From the NCBI GenBank assembly GCA_026914245.1, contig CP110440.1, positions 3,100,001 through 3,164,000 of the forward strand: a stretch of DNA of 64,000 nucleotides, written 5' to 3'. This DNA is from Puccinia triticina (taxonomy: Eukaryota). Each line of letters opens with the position of its first letter. Within the stretch, counting starts at the first letter, position 1. Made by a program: the position numbers and the translations under genes. The notes beneath the pieces are model-generated. The model saw only the letters and a list, made by a program, of their open reading frames with translations, was not told the DNA's origin and did not search any database. Shown one piece after another: positions 50,850 through 64,000 of this stretch.

Positions 50850-51499
50850 TATTCATACTCATGAGTCACAAGATCAACACAGCACAATCTGCCAGTACAA
50901 CAACAAGTAACCACTTTAGGATTTGAGTTCCAGTATCATCCTCCTAGTCCTACTACACAAATAAATCCTGTCACCAATGGACAGGTCATCTCAATCTCCC
51001 TCTTGGCCCCCCTCTAGGCTCTTGTCAACGTAGTCAATTGTCAACTCCCCTGAGAGCACATGCAAACTGTGTAAGACTGGACAACAAAACTCGCCAATCC
51101 CTTTGCCAAGAAACTTGGGCAAGCAGTCAGATTGCCAATTCAAGCCAGCCCACCCCCTTTCAGAAACCTTGTAAGCAAGTTTCCACTTCCAGCACTTCCC
51201 AGTCCACAGCCGTTCCAAGAAAATCTTGGAAGAAGTCAAAACAATGGGCAATTGACAACCCCAACTTAGACAAGGATCCTTCCTCTGAGCCCAATGAGGA
51301 TGTCCAATTCATGAAACTTCCTCAAGACTTGGAAAATGAGAATTAAAATATTACTAGAAAGAAAAGGGGGCCCAATGTGACTGAATTTGACAACATCAGC
51401 CTTTTCTTTGAGGCTCCAGTTTATGGGGAGGGTGAAGTAAGTATTCTTCACTCAAACCACCCACTTGAAGTTGTTTCATCATACTTTTCATTTTGACTG

Positions 51500-51800
51500 A
51501 TTCATGGATGAATTGACATATGTAGGAAAGTGGCAAAAACTCTACTATAAGTGCAGATGGTGCACTTGGGTGTACAATAAGGGCCAAGGAAGTAGATATA
51601 ATATTTATAAGCATTGCAAAGGGGATTCTGGTTGAAACCCCTGCCCAGCAAGAAGCAAAGCTACCACAAACAGAGCAAAATTGCCGGTGACAATCAAAGA
51701 AATAGCGGCTCAAAGGAGGAAGACCCAGGTGGAAGTCTTGGATACGTTTGTGAATGGCGGTGTGGTGTTCTGTGCCAGTTTCAATGCCAAAAGTACATAT
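51500..51800 (+). pseudogene. Degenerate BED-finger-like transposase N-terminus (hAT-type?)
   Basis: Hand translation gives YYKCRWCTWVYNKGQGSRYNIYKHCKG..*NPCPAR. Confidence 0.4.
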
Positions 51801-52443
51801 TCTCAGGTGTTGTGATAGTAGAGTTACATACATGTGAAACCCATCATACAAGGAGGAGCCAGTCTTACACAATAGTCACAACATTTACGTACATACACCC
51901 TTTGGTCACTGGGGCGGATTGGACGGAAGGATACAAGACGTGGATACAAGGAGGAGGGAGGAAGAAGGAAGGAGGACTAGAGAGAGGCTTTGACCCCCAA
52001 ATCCTGGAAAGGAGGAGTATTCTAGTTGTGTGCAGAGTGTATGGATGGTGGCTTGGTCAAATAGCAAAACATTCTGAAGGATATGGAAGGTGGCTTGGGT
52101 ACATAGCAACACATGACATCAGGCAGTGCAATACATGCAGGCAGATAAGGTGTACAAAGAGTGTCACTCCAGCATAATTCCCTCATTGTTTGTGTGGCTG
52201 TGCAGTACAGGTGTACATATGCTGTGCAACTGAGATCCCCTGTAGCTAAATTCCCTCAAACACATTCCCCTGGATCTAAAATCCCTCACTCTTTGTTTGA
52301 TATAAAAGAAGCTCTTCTCCCCCCCATAATTTCTCTTTTTCACCATCAACCTATAGAGGTCTGGTCACATATGGTAGTTTAGCAGTAGGAGTCTTGCGTA
52401 GTGTAGAGTCAGTCAGTCAGTAGAGTGTTAGTGCAGTATTAGA

Positions 52444-53896
52444 TAGGGCGGTATCCCACGGGGTACCCAGCTACTTTCAGCTAGCCCGGTGCCCATCCCG
52501 TGGGTATACCTGTCACTTGGGTACCAAAATCAAGCAGCCCAAGCCTTACCTGCGGGACCCGCCAGCCCGTGGGTATACCCGCAACCCATTCCCAATTCCC
52601 GCAGGTAAGGCCCGTAAAGGCCCAGAGCTACTGCACCCACTTTGCGCCCATGAGCCATGAGGGCCCCAGTCCGGGCTGAGGGACCTTTGTACTTTTGATA
52701 TGTGCATTCTTTTTGCTCACTTCCTCCACGCGGGTTCAGATTGGTAGCTGCAGCGCACCTGAACATGACCTTCCTAATACCCAATCTATGTCAGCCTTAG
52801 AGCCAGCGCAGCTGGCCTAAAGTCTGCCCTTTTCTACTTTATTGTACCAAATTACTTTATAACTTTTCTACCTTAAGGTTTAACCTTGTTTTGACTTCAG
52901 ATTCTTTTTTCTCATCTAATTTTAACCCTAGTTACAACTTACCACTTTTCAATAACTTTACTCCTTCATAGAATTCTTGAGTTGTGGCGCGCATGTGCAG
53001 CAGTGGTGTTACCAGGCGCTCCAACCTCTTGTACATATGTAATTATGTAAGAAAACTGTAAAGATTTTCGAAGTCAGGATCCCCCATGCAGCTGGAAGAT
53101 ACACAGACTTCAGACACCAGACAACCAGCCAACCAGGACCACAGAACACCCTTAGGACAAACCCCAGGATCACCCACAGAGGCCCCTTAGCTCCCAGTAT
53201 CAACACCAGATATTGACAGTAAGTTCCCTCTCTGACTGACCTTGTTTATCCAGAGTGAACTCTGTTTCTCTTGACTGCTTCTCTCCCTGCTTGCTTCTGC
53301 TCTTCTATTTTTGATCAAGGTCATCATATATCCAGACCTCTTATCCCAAGGATCCCTCTGATTGCATATCCTTCTTTTTCTGTGGTTTTTGTCAGTAACA
53401 AACCACATAGGTTTCCCTTTAAAGAACCTTGACTATCCACAGAGAAGTCTAAAAAATTGTGGCTGATTAGACTTGTCTAATTCAGGTTCCTTCCACGTTT
53501 CCATTGTGAGAAGAGGCTGTTGCAATCTCAGGCACAGCTTGGCAGCACTCCCTTAAGGAGTAGCATTGCTAGTGGATGTTAGTTCCCACCTACAGGTCAA
53601 AAGAACCTTGATTATCATAACTCAGATCATCTCTTTCCATCTCTCTTTCTCTCTTACTGTTTGTTATTTCTTTATCCCAAGAAATCCAAGCAGTGCCCAC
53701 CCATTTTTCTTGCGTCCTGCTGTCACATAGGAGACACAGGCTCACAATCTATCCGCGAGTATTTCTGAGGCTGCCCGTGGACCGTACCCGCCGGGTAGGC
53801 CGGGTAAGGTCCAGGCAAAGAGGCGTCCTGGAGCCCTATACCCGCGGGGCAGACCGCGGGTATACCTGGAGAGGCCGGGAACGGAGGCCAGCCCTA
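52444..53896. mobile_element. Non-autonomous hAT element interrupted by a solo LTR
   Basis: Ends tagggc / gcccta, 8-bp TSD gtattaga, TACCC/CGGG subterminal motifs. Confidence 0.85.
52789..53746 (+). mobile_element. Solo LTR of the Gypsy family found at 13574
   Basis: TG...CA ends, TSD atcta, colinear with 13574-14507. Confidence 0.92.
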
Positions 53897-54422
53897 GTAT
53901 TAGAACCCACAATCAACAACCAACCAACCAACAACTAACCAAAAACAAACCAACAGCAAACCAACAACCAACCAACAACCCATTCTCCTTATTAGCATAT
54001 TGGTAGTAGTAGTAGTAGTAGAAGTAGCACCAGTAAAAATCAATTGTCACCAGGCATCAGGTGAAATCAAGCAACAATAGCTGTCACTTTTTTCCAACTC
54101 TGGGGCTACCACAACTAGGATACAATGGCCCCTTTGTTTCCTACAGGGGGATGTCCATGCAGCCAACTGTGCAACTGGTGGGTAGCTCAGTGGACTTAGA
54201 CTGATGTCACCTGTAGTCTAGTGACAGTTTATTTATCCTGGTGTAGTAGTACAAATTATAATATCAACAACAGTAGAAGAACTTATCATAACAACCACGT
54301 TATCCATAGTTATAACCCGTCTGAAAACGCATTGAATTAAATATTTAGGTCTGATAGAGATTACTAGATTACTATATAAAAGTAAGAGCTATCTTGGAAT
54401 CTGCCACATTTTTCTTAAATAT

Positions 54423-55894
54423 TAGGGGGCTTCAAAATTGATCCAGGAAGTGTTCCAGGTCCAAATTCCAGGAAAACCAAAACACTGCCAAAATAATTTC
54501 CTGGAGGCTCTACGTTGAGACCCCCAATTTGGAAAAATTCCTGGATTTGGACCCAGAAGCACACCTCCTGGAACTCATATGTTTTATCTTGTTTTGTCCC
54601 ATGCCTTTGGGGTCCCACAGGGAAAGCCCTCTTTCACACCTTCCCCCCCCGCCCAGAACCACAAGTGTTGTATGTGTAACAACCTGTTCTTTGTTACTGG
54701 GAAGCGGAAGCTTATTCATCTGGCTTATTGTCGGTTGGCAATCTTTCTGTCATGCGCTTTTGGATTACTAATCCCAGCGGTGGATTAATTGAGAATATCC
54801 AAGTCATTATGATGTTTCGCTTTTCAAAATCTTTGTTGGCCCCATTTGGATTTGCGTTGTTGTCTTTCCGTTGATTTTGTGTTTTCATCTTTTCCTTTTC
54901 TTTCTTTTCCCCATTGATATATTCTTTTTCATCTCATCCATTACTATCATTATTGTGTACACAAGAAATCTCAAATAACTCGGTAAAATCATCATTATCA
55001 TTGTGAATCAATCTTCTATTGCAATCACATAGAACTATATTCTTAGTTATTACTCAAGCATTGGCGAAATATCCTCTTGGATAGTTTCATAGCCTCATAT
55101 AGCAAACTGGGTAATAGCCGAGTCCTCACAGTATGGTGCAAACCTCGGAAATAGACCCCCTCTGCTCCAGACCATCCAATGCGGTGCCCGGCCTATACAG
55201 ACAAAACCAATAATCAAGGTACATATGTATTTACACACCTTGATGACTGGATGGTACCGTTCATCTAATTTTTTCAATGACCAGTACATATGATACCAGT
55301 CATCGAGGTACAAGCCATTGATGTCCATAAGACACCAGACACAGGTAAACACCTCAATGACTGAGATTGTAGCGGTCATTGAGGTCCCACCGTGATGACT
55401 GGTATTGCACCGGTCATCAAAGGTGTGTTAAGGGTTGGACCTCGATGACTGGTGAAGCCTGTTCAACAGATTTTTGGACGGCCATGTGCGAGAACTGCTC
55501 GGACAGGCCAGTCCAAGGACTCGTCAGACCTGCCGGTCTAAGCAGTCATTCCGGTAGTGCAGGTGTACATGTTTCCAGCCGCCTTTCAGTACAGGTGTGC
55601 TGGTTTGTGTGTGTTCGGGCGCCGCTGGGTCATCTAGCGGCAAAGGTGTGGTGTGGGTGAGTCGGGTGTTTGATGGCTGCCGAAAAACAAAGCGGGGGGT
55701 CGGCCGATGTTTGGGAAAAAAGTCGGATTTATCTCTTTTGTGGGCGTATGTCTTTCCTGATTTCCTGTTGTCCTGGAGGTCCTGGAAGGGCATAGGGAGA
55801 AGGAGCACAGGTCCGCAGGAAGCCTTCCAGGTTGCTCATTTTTCCTGGAAACTCCGACCTGGAACGCTTCCTGGATCAGTTTTGAAGCCCCCTA
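54423..55894. mobile_element. 1.47-kb TIR element containing a second GATGACCGG palindrome array
   Basis: TIR tagggggcttcaaaattgatccaggaagtgttccaggtc, mirrored with 2 mismatches. TSD ambiguous. Confidence 0.82.
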
Positions 55895-56447
55895 ATTCAA
55901 CATCAGATCAACAAACCTCTCAACACAATCTTCATCTTTCAAGATTTTTGCCAAGGCAGGACAGTCAATTGATTGCAATCATGGTAGTGGTAAACCACTT
56001 GTAGTGTTGCGCCGACCGGCGGGAGGTGAGCATTCCTGCAGGACAGTGCCCCCCAGCAATCAAACAGGGGGTTCATGAAGGGCCGCACCGCCACATTTGT
56101 CCTAGGTTATCGTTCCTGGAGGCAAAATTTCCGAAGCCACCATTCAGGACGAGTCTCAAGAAGTATCAAAAAATTAATAAAAAAGACAGTGTCAATAGGG
56201 AAATTGTATCGACCCACTATCGGCCTCGTATCGGCCCACCGATGATATTCAGCCCGGATGCTCTTTTTTCTGCGTAAGCTTGGTACCTGAAAGCTGAGCC
56301 TGGGTCCGTTCAGGTTAAACTGATCTTTCTTTCAATTGATTGATAACCAGTCTAATAATGGGTTTAATTTACACGCAATTATTTACAACTATTTATGCGA
56401 TTTGGGCACTAAGGAGATACAATATAAGAAATAAAAGGAGTCGATTT

Positions 56448-56947
56448 TTAACGAGAACGCTTCCCGGGCTTGCCACCAACTTTACCTTTAGCAGCAGTGC
56501 CAGCAGTCCCACCCCCGGCGCCTTGGCTAGCTTTCTCGAGATACTGAACGACCAATTGAAAGACGGTTCCAGTGGCACTTTCCGGAACAGGCTCATTAAG
56601 GAAGCCATTGATGGCATTAATGATGTTTGATTGCAATCCAGATGTATCCGGTGCTTTGCCGCCAGGAGCCGAGCCGATTTGCCTCTTTGCGTAAGATTTA
56701 CTCGCGTCGTAATCCTTTGAAAAATCAAGTCATAGTCTCATCAGCTCATGTAACAAAAGTACCTAATTAAAATGATGCAGTTGAAATATCAAAAATGAAT
56801 CAGATGAATTACCCAAACTTCAGACATAGGATCCGATGCGTCACCGGTGACAGCGCCAGAAGCATGCGAAGTGTGTGCTAGGACTTGAAGAAGTGGAGTG
56901 TTCATAATGGCCGCAATAAGGCAGATATAGCGGGTTGAAAATTGCAT
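56448..56947 (-). CDS. Small secreted protein B (~133 aa, 2 exons), paralog of A
   Basis: Leader MQFSTRYICLIAAIMNTPLLQVLA, intron 56812-56715, shared motif VPExATGTVFQLVxQYLEK. Confidence 0.78.
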
Positions 56948-57480
56948 CTTTATAGGTCGGTTGATAAAATGCAAAATATAAACAGCGGGTTTATCGATAT
57001 CTATATTTACGCTGGTAATCTACGGCTGAATAAGACTTTTGTATACTGCTTCGAGGACTAAACTGACGTGTTGAAAGCTTGGTTGGGATATGGGAATAGA
57101 CGATACGATTTGTACCTCCTTTTATATGTTTATGATTGAAGTAAGTAACAATTCACGCATGTTATCGCTTCCTTGCAGTCACCAGGGCCTACCGTGGCCT
57201 ACCTTGGCCCGAGCAAACCTGCGGCGAAATACACCGCGGCAAATTCCGCCTCTGGGGCGCGCTTCCACCACACTGCGCACAGGCCCCCCTGGTACTACGA
57301 ACGCCGACGTGGCGACTCAGGCTGACGTCCCATGGGCGCCAGCGGCCCTCAGGGCGTGCATGCGGCAGTCGATTGGGAGAGCGGGGAGTACCACCGTCAG
57401 CGCAAAAACAATTCCCGCACGGGAGTCGAACCCTGGACCTGCTCATGGCCACGGCTTCGACTAGAGAGGCCTGTGACAAG

Positions 57481-58121
57481 CAAACTTGACACAAGTGTTT
57501 CCTCCTTGGGGGAGCATATAAGCAACCTCCGAAGGAGGGACTTGCCTCTAAAGTGGCATGTCTTGCCCTACAGGATTGAGACAAATGGCAGGGACTCGGG
57601 AGGATGCCACGCTCCCCCATTTTCCTCAATATCTCCCTCTAGACTTCCTATTCTCACCAGGCCTTTGGTACCATTAGAATCACCAGGATCTTGGCTTATT
57701 TTTGACCATTTCAAACTCCTCTTTATCCCTCCCCCCTGGCAACAAGCATCCTGTAAATTCTGTTACATGGCGGATTATTGTACCCAATCCACCCCGCACA
57801 AGCTCAGGGAATTTCAAATTTTGAGATAAAAGACGCCTGGAAGACCCCTTCCAAACCATTCCACAGTAGATGGATTGGGCTATTAATTATGAGGGGCAGT
57901 AAACTAAAAAAACAAGTACTGAAATCTGGGATAGCAGGCTACAAGTCTGTCTACTCAGTTTTTTTTAAACCACAAACTACAGTTTTCAAATCATTTTTTT
58001 TTTAAAAAAACTGGTTTTTACAAGAAAAACTTGTGTCTGTAGGGCCAATGATGTGAAATTAGAGGTAAGCCTCTCCTTTGGAGACGCTTTGCGCCTCCTT
58101 GAAAAGGCTTAGTTAAGCTTG
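57481..58121. mobile_element. Mutator-like element of the same TIR family, no TSD visible
   Basis: Left end caaacttgacacaagt..cctccttgggggagca (as in element E), right end aggcttagttaagcttg. Confidence 0.55.
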
Positions 58122-58445
58122 GCCTTGGGGCCGCCCCAGAGGCCCATGGCGCCCAGGGGGCTCTGTGTGGACATCACATGCACGGCAAAGTGGCACCAGT
58201 GAAGGTCTATGTGGTATCTTGGGGGCTTAAAATGGCTGGGACCCAAACATTGTGGAACTACTCAAATGAGAGAATAGAGCTTGGAAGGGAAATGTATAAC
58301 TGCACTAGTACTAATTTAAGCTATGCCAAGGGTGCTGATATAAGAGCTGCCTTCCTGACTAATACTGCTGGGGATGAGTGTAACACTAAGAAAAAGAAGA
58401 AAGGTGTGGCTGTTCTGCTATAATCTTAGACTGAACTACGTGTAC

Positions 58446-58825
58446 CAACAATGGGTAGGTATGTCACGGATAACATTAACATAACGGTTTCTGAGCCGTT
58501 ATTGTTACAGTTATTTGTAACGGCTGCACATTACGGTAACACGCCAATTGATGAGCCAGGTTTCTCCATCCGTTATTTTATTGGCGCATTCAAGGCGCCA
58601 GATAACCGTGTCATTGTAGGCTGTTTCCAGACTATTTTGGCATATTAGCACATTATCCACTGGATAACGTGCAGTAACAGCCTCAAGAGAATCAGTTGTT
58701 ACGTTACACGCAAGCCCTGGAAAGACCCTGTTACAAAGAACGTAACAGGGAGCTACGGGTAAAGAGGATAGTTATGTTACCCAAAACACGTGGATAATGC
58801 AACATTACGTAACTACCCTTTGTTG
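58446..58825. mobile_element. Diverged relative of MITE B
   Basis: Ends caacaatgggtag / ctaccctttgttg, rich in GTAAC/GTTAC, flanks cgtgtac / cttgtat. Confidence 0.7.
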
Positions 58826-59831
58826 CTTGTATCTGTGGGGTATGAGGGTGATAGGAGGACTAGTGGGGGAAAAGATGAAATAGGATGCGCAAATGTGAAT
58901 GATATATGCAAGGGGATATATTTCTGGTGTGTATGAAAGTGTATAATATGAGTGAATGACAATGGTATATAATGGTGTGGTTAAAGATATACTGATGAAG
59001 ATGAATCTAATGGAGTGTTGAAAAGGTCATACAGGGTGTATGGGATAGAAAATGCATGTGGGGATACAACATCTAGATGGGTGTATATACGTGAGGAAAT
59101 ACAACAAGGGGGGAACACCTGATGAGCACAATGTAACAAAGTCTGAAGATGAGCAACAATTGAATGTAGTGAAGTAGTGAAGTGAAGTAATTATGAGCAC
59201 TAGTAATGTCTATGTATGATGAATAAGATATGTAATGATGGGTTGTTATGTGTACTATGAAAAGAATTGTGTGTTGTGGGATTTTAATCCACAACCTTCT
59301 ACATTCATGAGAGCTGCTCTTATACCACTGAGCTTAACACACAGTTGGTCTTACTGGTGATTTTTGGATATTAAATCATATAGCTTGGCCACTCAAATGG
59401 GGCTTGAAGCATATATTCCAACACACCCCCTGGCTTCATGCACCATGAACAAACTATGAATATTGCATATGCAAATCATGTAGGTGTGTCATGCATCATA
59501 GATAATGATTAATGCATAACAATTATGAAATTGAATATTGTGTATGCATATGGAAGCATGAATATCAAGTATTCACAGGGTTTAGCCAACTTTAATTCAA
59601 TTCACTGAGAGCATCCGTACTGATTGATGAAAGCTATGTTATGTATGTAATATATGCAGCTATGGTGATGAAAACTAGAATATGTCATGTAGATTAAGTG
59701 TAAGAAGCAAGAAAATACCAATGAAACTATGAACACTAATATGTTCTGATCCAATGGGAATTTCAGGGTGGTATGAGTGAGTGACTAGGGGTGAAATATG
59801 TTCTAGAATCTGAATTGGCAATAATAATGAT

Positions 59832-61525
59832 GGGTGTTGAGAAACACACGCACCCCTCCCAGGGGCACACCAAGGCCCACACCTTTCAAAAAGGGTGTGT
59901 GGGGGTGCACACCTGCCCCCACACCCGTTTTTTAGCCCAGGGTGTGGGACCCAAAAGGCGTGCACACCCCTGCAGGGACGTGCTATCCTTTGATTCCTAT
60001 GTATATAATTTACATAGTACAGCCCCTACCTGCCAAAGAGGGCTGGGAGGGGCAAGCTATTTTCCCCTTTGACTGGCGGGGAGCGGGAGCCTGGGTGGGG
60101 GGTTGCACAAGGGGAGGGGAGGAGGACTCCCAAGTCCCCATAGCCCTCTACCTCCCTTTGATCGTCGAGCAAGCCAATTGAAGGGATGCATTATGTCCCA
60201 ACCAAAGAGGGCAGGGAGGGGAAAGCCCTCTTCACCTCTGTACAGCGGGGAGTGGGGGCCTGGGGGGGGGGGGGGGGGGGGGGGGGGTGGTGAGCCAGAG
60301 TTGGAGTTGGAAGGGGGGACAAGGCAAGTCAGGGTGGGGGTGGCTTACATAAGTCAACCTGGAATCCAGGTTGGCTTATGTGAGGCTATGTCCCGGTCTC
60401 CCTTCAATTGGCAAGCAAGTGCACACCCTTTGGGTCTGTCAGCCTTAGAGATACAACAAGTATCCTAAAGTCTGCAAAAACTTGTAAACCACTTACAAAT
60501 CCTGAAATATTATTGAATATTCAGAATCATTGTGTTAAATTAAGGGGGGTCACCCACTCAAGGAACCCCTCATTCCTACTCCTTCATACATTTTTTCACA
60601 TATGTACACATAACCACAAAGCACTCCAAAGAACAGGAAAACTACATAAAAAAATCATTACATAAATTAAAATACATAAAATTATATTAATTAGTAAAAT
60701 TCCTTTCCCCCGTGAAACAAGAGCCACGGGTGAGAGGAACACTTAGTACAAATTGATATTACACTTCATATTAAGCTATTTCACGTGACAATTGGTTATA
60801 AAAATGTCACGTGTGGGAGTAAGGGAAGTTGTGTAATATTGTACAATTAAAATACCCATAACCAAGGCAGATTACATGTCTACTCTTGGCATTTACCCAT
60901 AGCCAAAACTAATGGTAACTTTTCAGCGCCCTCAATAACCTCTCCAGTATTTAAGGAGGTTATTGAGCCACTGGAATAGTCCCCTTAGACATTTTCACCA
61001 CCCATTAAACTGTAAGTTAACTCGTGAAAAATCTCCTCTGGCTTATTAAAGCCACCATTTCCTTTATTTCTGCCCTCCTGGCACGAAAACCACTAGATCT
61101 TAACTCTAAAATTGCCAATATCCCTTATAAGCATTTATTACAGTTATATCTTTATAAATAGTTGCTGTAAGACCTCCGCCTCTGACGCGCAGTCAATCAG
61201 TTTAAGCGCTTACCAAATATTCCTACGTCAAAAACCTTATATATCCCTGTTCTTAATAAGTAAAACTTATTAATTACAAATATCTTCCTCTTACATAAGA
61301 GTGTTTAAACCTTTGTAGTGGCTAAATACCACGTAACAAGTTTGGCACATTATTGCCAGTGTTTTATTTCAGTACAGTTATAGTACTAGGGCTAAAACCC
61401 TTATTTCTGACGGGTTTTTACCCTAAGTTTCATAAACACAGCTGACAGGGTCCCACACCCTGGGCTAAAAAAGGGTGTGGGCGTGGGTGTGCCCCCGGGA
61501 GGGGGGAAAGCATTTATCAACACCC
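59832..61525. mobile_element. Mutator-like long-TIR element interrupted by a solo LTR
   Basis: Ends gggtgttga / tcaacaccc, TSD aataatgat, tttagcccagggtgtgggaccc mirrored on the right. Confidence 0.82.
60437..61447. mobile_element. Solo LTR (1011 bp)
   Basis: TGTCAGC...GCTGACA, TSD gggtc. The start tgtcagccttagag is shared with the 13574 family. Confidence 0.88.
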
Positions 61526-61771
61526 AATAATGATGGATGTGTGAAGTGTCTGTATTGGGAATGATGGTATGAGTGGGAAAAGGGTTTTTGAGGGTGACAA
61601 GAGATGAACACTGAAGGCAAGCTCACAGATGTAAAGTCTTGTGACACCCAGGAGTGAGAAAAGAAATGGTTCTGACTCACTAGGGAGAGAAAAGCCTACA
61701 GCAACCTAGTACAGACTATATAAAAGGTTGCTAGTTTTATGTTTGAAGCATACTACATGATGAATATAAGC

Positions 61772-62020
61772 ATAATTCAACAAGGGTTACCACAACATGG
61801 CGCCACAAATTTTCCAGATTTTTCCCGCGGTGTACCATTCAATTTTTGAGCCCCTAGGCCCACGCGTGGTGCGTCATGCCATATCCTCACTTATAATAAT
61901 TCAACAAGGGTTGCCACAACATGGCGCTACAAATTTTCCAGATTTTCCCCGCGGTGTACATATTCAATTTTTGAGCCCCTAGGCCCACGCGTGGTGCGTC
62001 ATGCCATATCCTCACTTATA
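61772..62020. repeat. Tandem duplication, 2 x ~124 bp
   Basis: ataattcaacaagggtt...cctcacttata occurs twice. Confidence 0.9.
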
Positions 62021-62752
62021 AATTGCAAACCCTCACCATCCAAATTCTTCCCTACCAGGCTAAGGGAGATGAATTAAGTGACAGGTGATGTATGCTATGA
62101 TTCCAGAAAGCCTTGCCTCAAAAAGGCCATGCAAGAAAGACTGCGGGAGAGTTGTGCCAACTTGTGTTGTGCACACCTTGCTGATCGAATTTTCACCGCA
62201 CATGTCTTGATCATTCTGACTGTGCGTCTACCTTTCTTTCTTTTGTATTTACTCTGTTTCTCTTCTCTTTTAATGACCATTGAAACCTTCTTTGCTGCGG
62301 CAAAATTAAAAAGAAACAAGGAGCTGGTAACCTCAACCAGGAGTTCCTTGGACAATTATGGTGTTCAAATTTGCATAAGATTTTTTTGCATAAAACCATG
62401 AACTGAAATTTTGTTGAAACTGCAACTGCCCAGGGTCCATTTCTCTCCCTTTCACACATCTGTCACTCTTTTTTCCTCCCTCCAGATGAATATGCTTGTT
62501 CAACTTCTGCCCACAACTTGTCCCTCAGTTGTAATAGCTACAAAGTCTGCTCATCTAGATAATCAAAATACCATCAGTTCCTGCGCCTGTTCCCTGAGAC
62601 CTGAGAGTCTCTTGTAGTGAGGGGCCTTTTTCCCCTTCACAGCTAAGCAGCTTGGCCCTTTCTTGGGCTCCCTTGTTTTGTTCTCCGCCTCGAGCTTTCT
62701 TTTTCAGGCTTGTTTTTCACTCATCCCTCCGGCTCTGAGTCCAAAATTCATC

Positions 62753-62864
62753 AAATTTTGCCTGGGAGGTGTCACTTTAAATTTTATGCACACTGAAATC
62801 TCCCAGCCAAACTTGGATTTATGATTTTATGTAAGCAGTGAAATATGCAATTTTGAACACCATA
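62753..62864 (-). mobile_element. Partial inverted copy of MITE G
   Basis: Reverse complement of 42463-42575, followed by aat. Confidence 0.75.
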
Positions 62865-63066
62865 AATGCATTTCACCTGGGTGTAGGGAAAACTGACCAA
62901 GCTGTGCTCTGTTTGTCACTCTGTTAATTTGTGATATCATATTTAGGTGGATAGAGTGAACACTTCAAGGATAATTAAATTTCCCAAAAAAAATACTCAA
63001 AGTTTGAGGTTGGGAAAATCATTGAAAAAAATCACTCTGAACTGAAAAAAAATGCAAACTGAGCGT

Positions 63067-63840
63067 GCTCAGCCAAAAAAATAAAAATGTGTCAGACTGA
63101 GTAAAAAACAATGGGGCACATTTTTGGGGTGATTTGTTGGATGGGCCTGCAAAAGGCCCGCATGGGCCCCTAACAGGCCCGTTGGGCCCATTGAAAAAGT
63201 AGCATTTGTTTGGAATTCCGATGCTCTGCTAAAATGTGAAATGGGTCAAACTGAATAAAAAAAACATGGGGGTACATTTTTGGGGAGATTTTTTGGGCAG
63301 GCCTGAATGAGGCCCACATGGCCCCCACAAAGCCCACTGGGCCCATTGAAAGAGTAGCTTTGGTCAAGAATGCCTATGCTCAGCTAAGAAACAAAAATGT
63401 GTCAAACTGAATAAAAAACATGGGGGTACATTTTTGGGGAGATTTTTTCGGCGGGCCTGAATGAGGCCCACATGGCCCCCACAAAGCCCACTGGGCCCAT
63501 TGAAAGAGTAGCTTTGGTCAAGAATGCCTATGCTCAGCTAAGAAACAAAAATGTGTCAAACTGAATAAAAAACATGGGGGTACGTTTTTGGGGAGATTTT
63601 TTGGGCGGGCCTGAATGAGGCCCACATGGCCCCCACAAAGCCCACTGGGCCCATTGAAAGAGTAGCTTTTGTCAAGAATGCCTATGCTCAGCTAAGAAAC
63701 AAAAATGTGTCAACCTGAGTAAAAAACATGGGCCACACTTTTGGGGAGGGCTTATTGACAGACCTGCATCAGGCCCGTCAGGGCGCACCCAATACTGGTT
63801 TGGCCAACCCAGAAGTAGTCTTGGTTAAGAATGCCCATAT
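63067..63840. repeat. Tandem repeat, 154-bp unit, ~5 copies
   Basis: gctcagctaagaaac recurs at 63378, 63532 and 63686. The outer copies are diverged. Confidence 0.9.
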
Positions 63841-64000
63841 GATGTTTCAGAACAGCACCAATTGACCACTAATCAACAGAAGATATTGAAGGGCTGCCAA
63901 CATCTGTATGACATTTGTGCACTCACAGAAAGTATGTCCAGGCCCTTTCCTCTTCCTTGGAACCCTGTTGGCCCGTATGGGCCTGATGCAGGCCCGTCCA

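Noticed and set aside
57405..57480. tRNA on the minus strand (GGTTCGACTCCC B-box, then a T-run)
   Set aside because: The T-stem has only 3 bp and there is no 5' acceptor strand or D-arm. At most a relic; tRNAscan-SE would settle it.
60262..60287. 26-nt poly-G run (a shorter run lies near 38458)
   Set aside because: A simple homopolymer of unreliable length with no functional evidence

Overview
Eukaryotic, intron-containing, TE-dense fungal DNA, most consistent with a rust fungus (Pucciniales; this is an inference from gene and TE style). Bases 1-16447 are one nested stack: a hAT transposon contains a chromodomain Ty3/Gypsy element, which carries two Helitrons and a full-length Tad1-like LINE, which carries a MITE. 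The rest holds host genes: PIG-S/GPI17, a Ser/Thr/Pro-rich single-pass membrane protein, two paralogous small secreted proteins 29 kb apart, a two-RRM protein, a protein with a duplicated ~297-aa domain, and VPS16. Between them lie Mutator-like elements (9-bp TSD), MITEs with ANT, TAA, TA, 7-bp or 8-bp TSDs, three solo LTRs, Copia remnants, palindromic arrays and tandem repeats. Most TE boundaries could be fixed to the base from TIR/TSD pairs and empty-site comparisons inside the window. I found no CRISPR array, rRNA or convincing tRNA, and no clear new enzymatic system. The best leads are the secreted paralog pair, the duplicated-domain protein, the triple MULE nest 70 bp upstream of VPS16, the Helitron cargo and the alternating-palindrome arrays.
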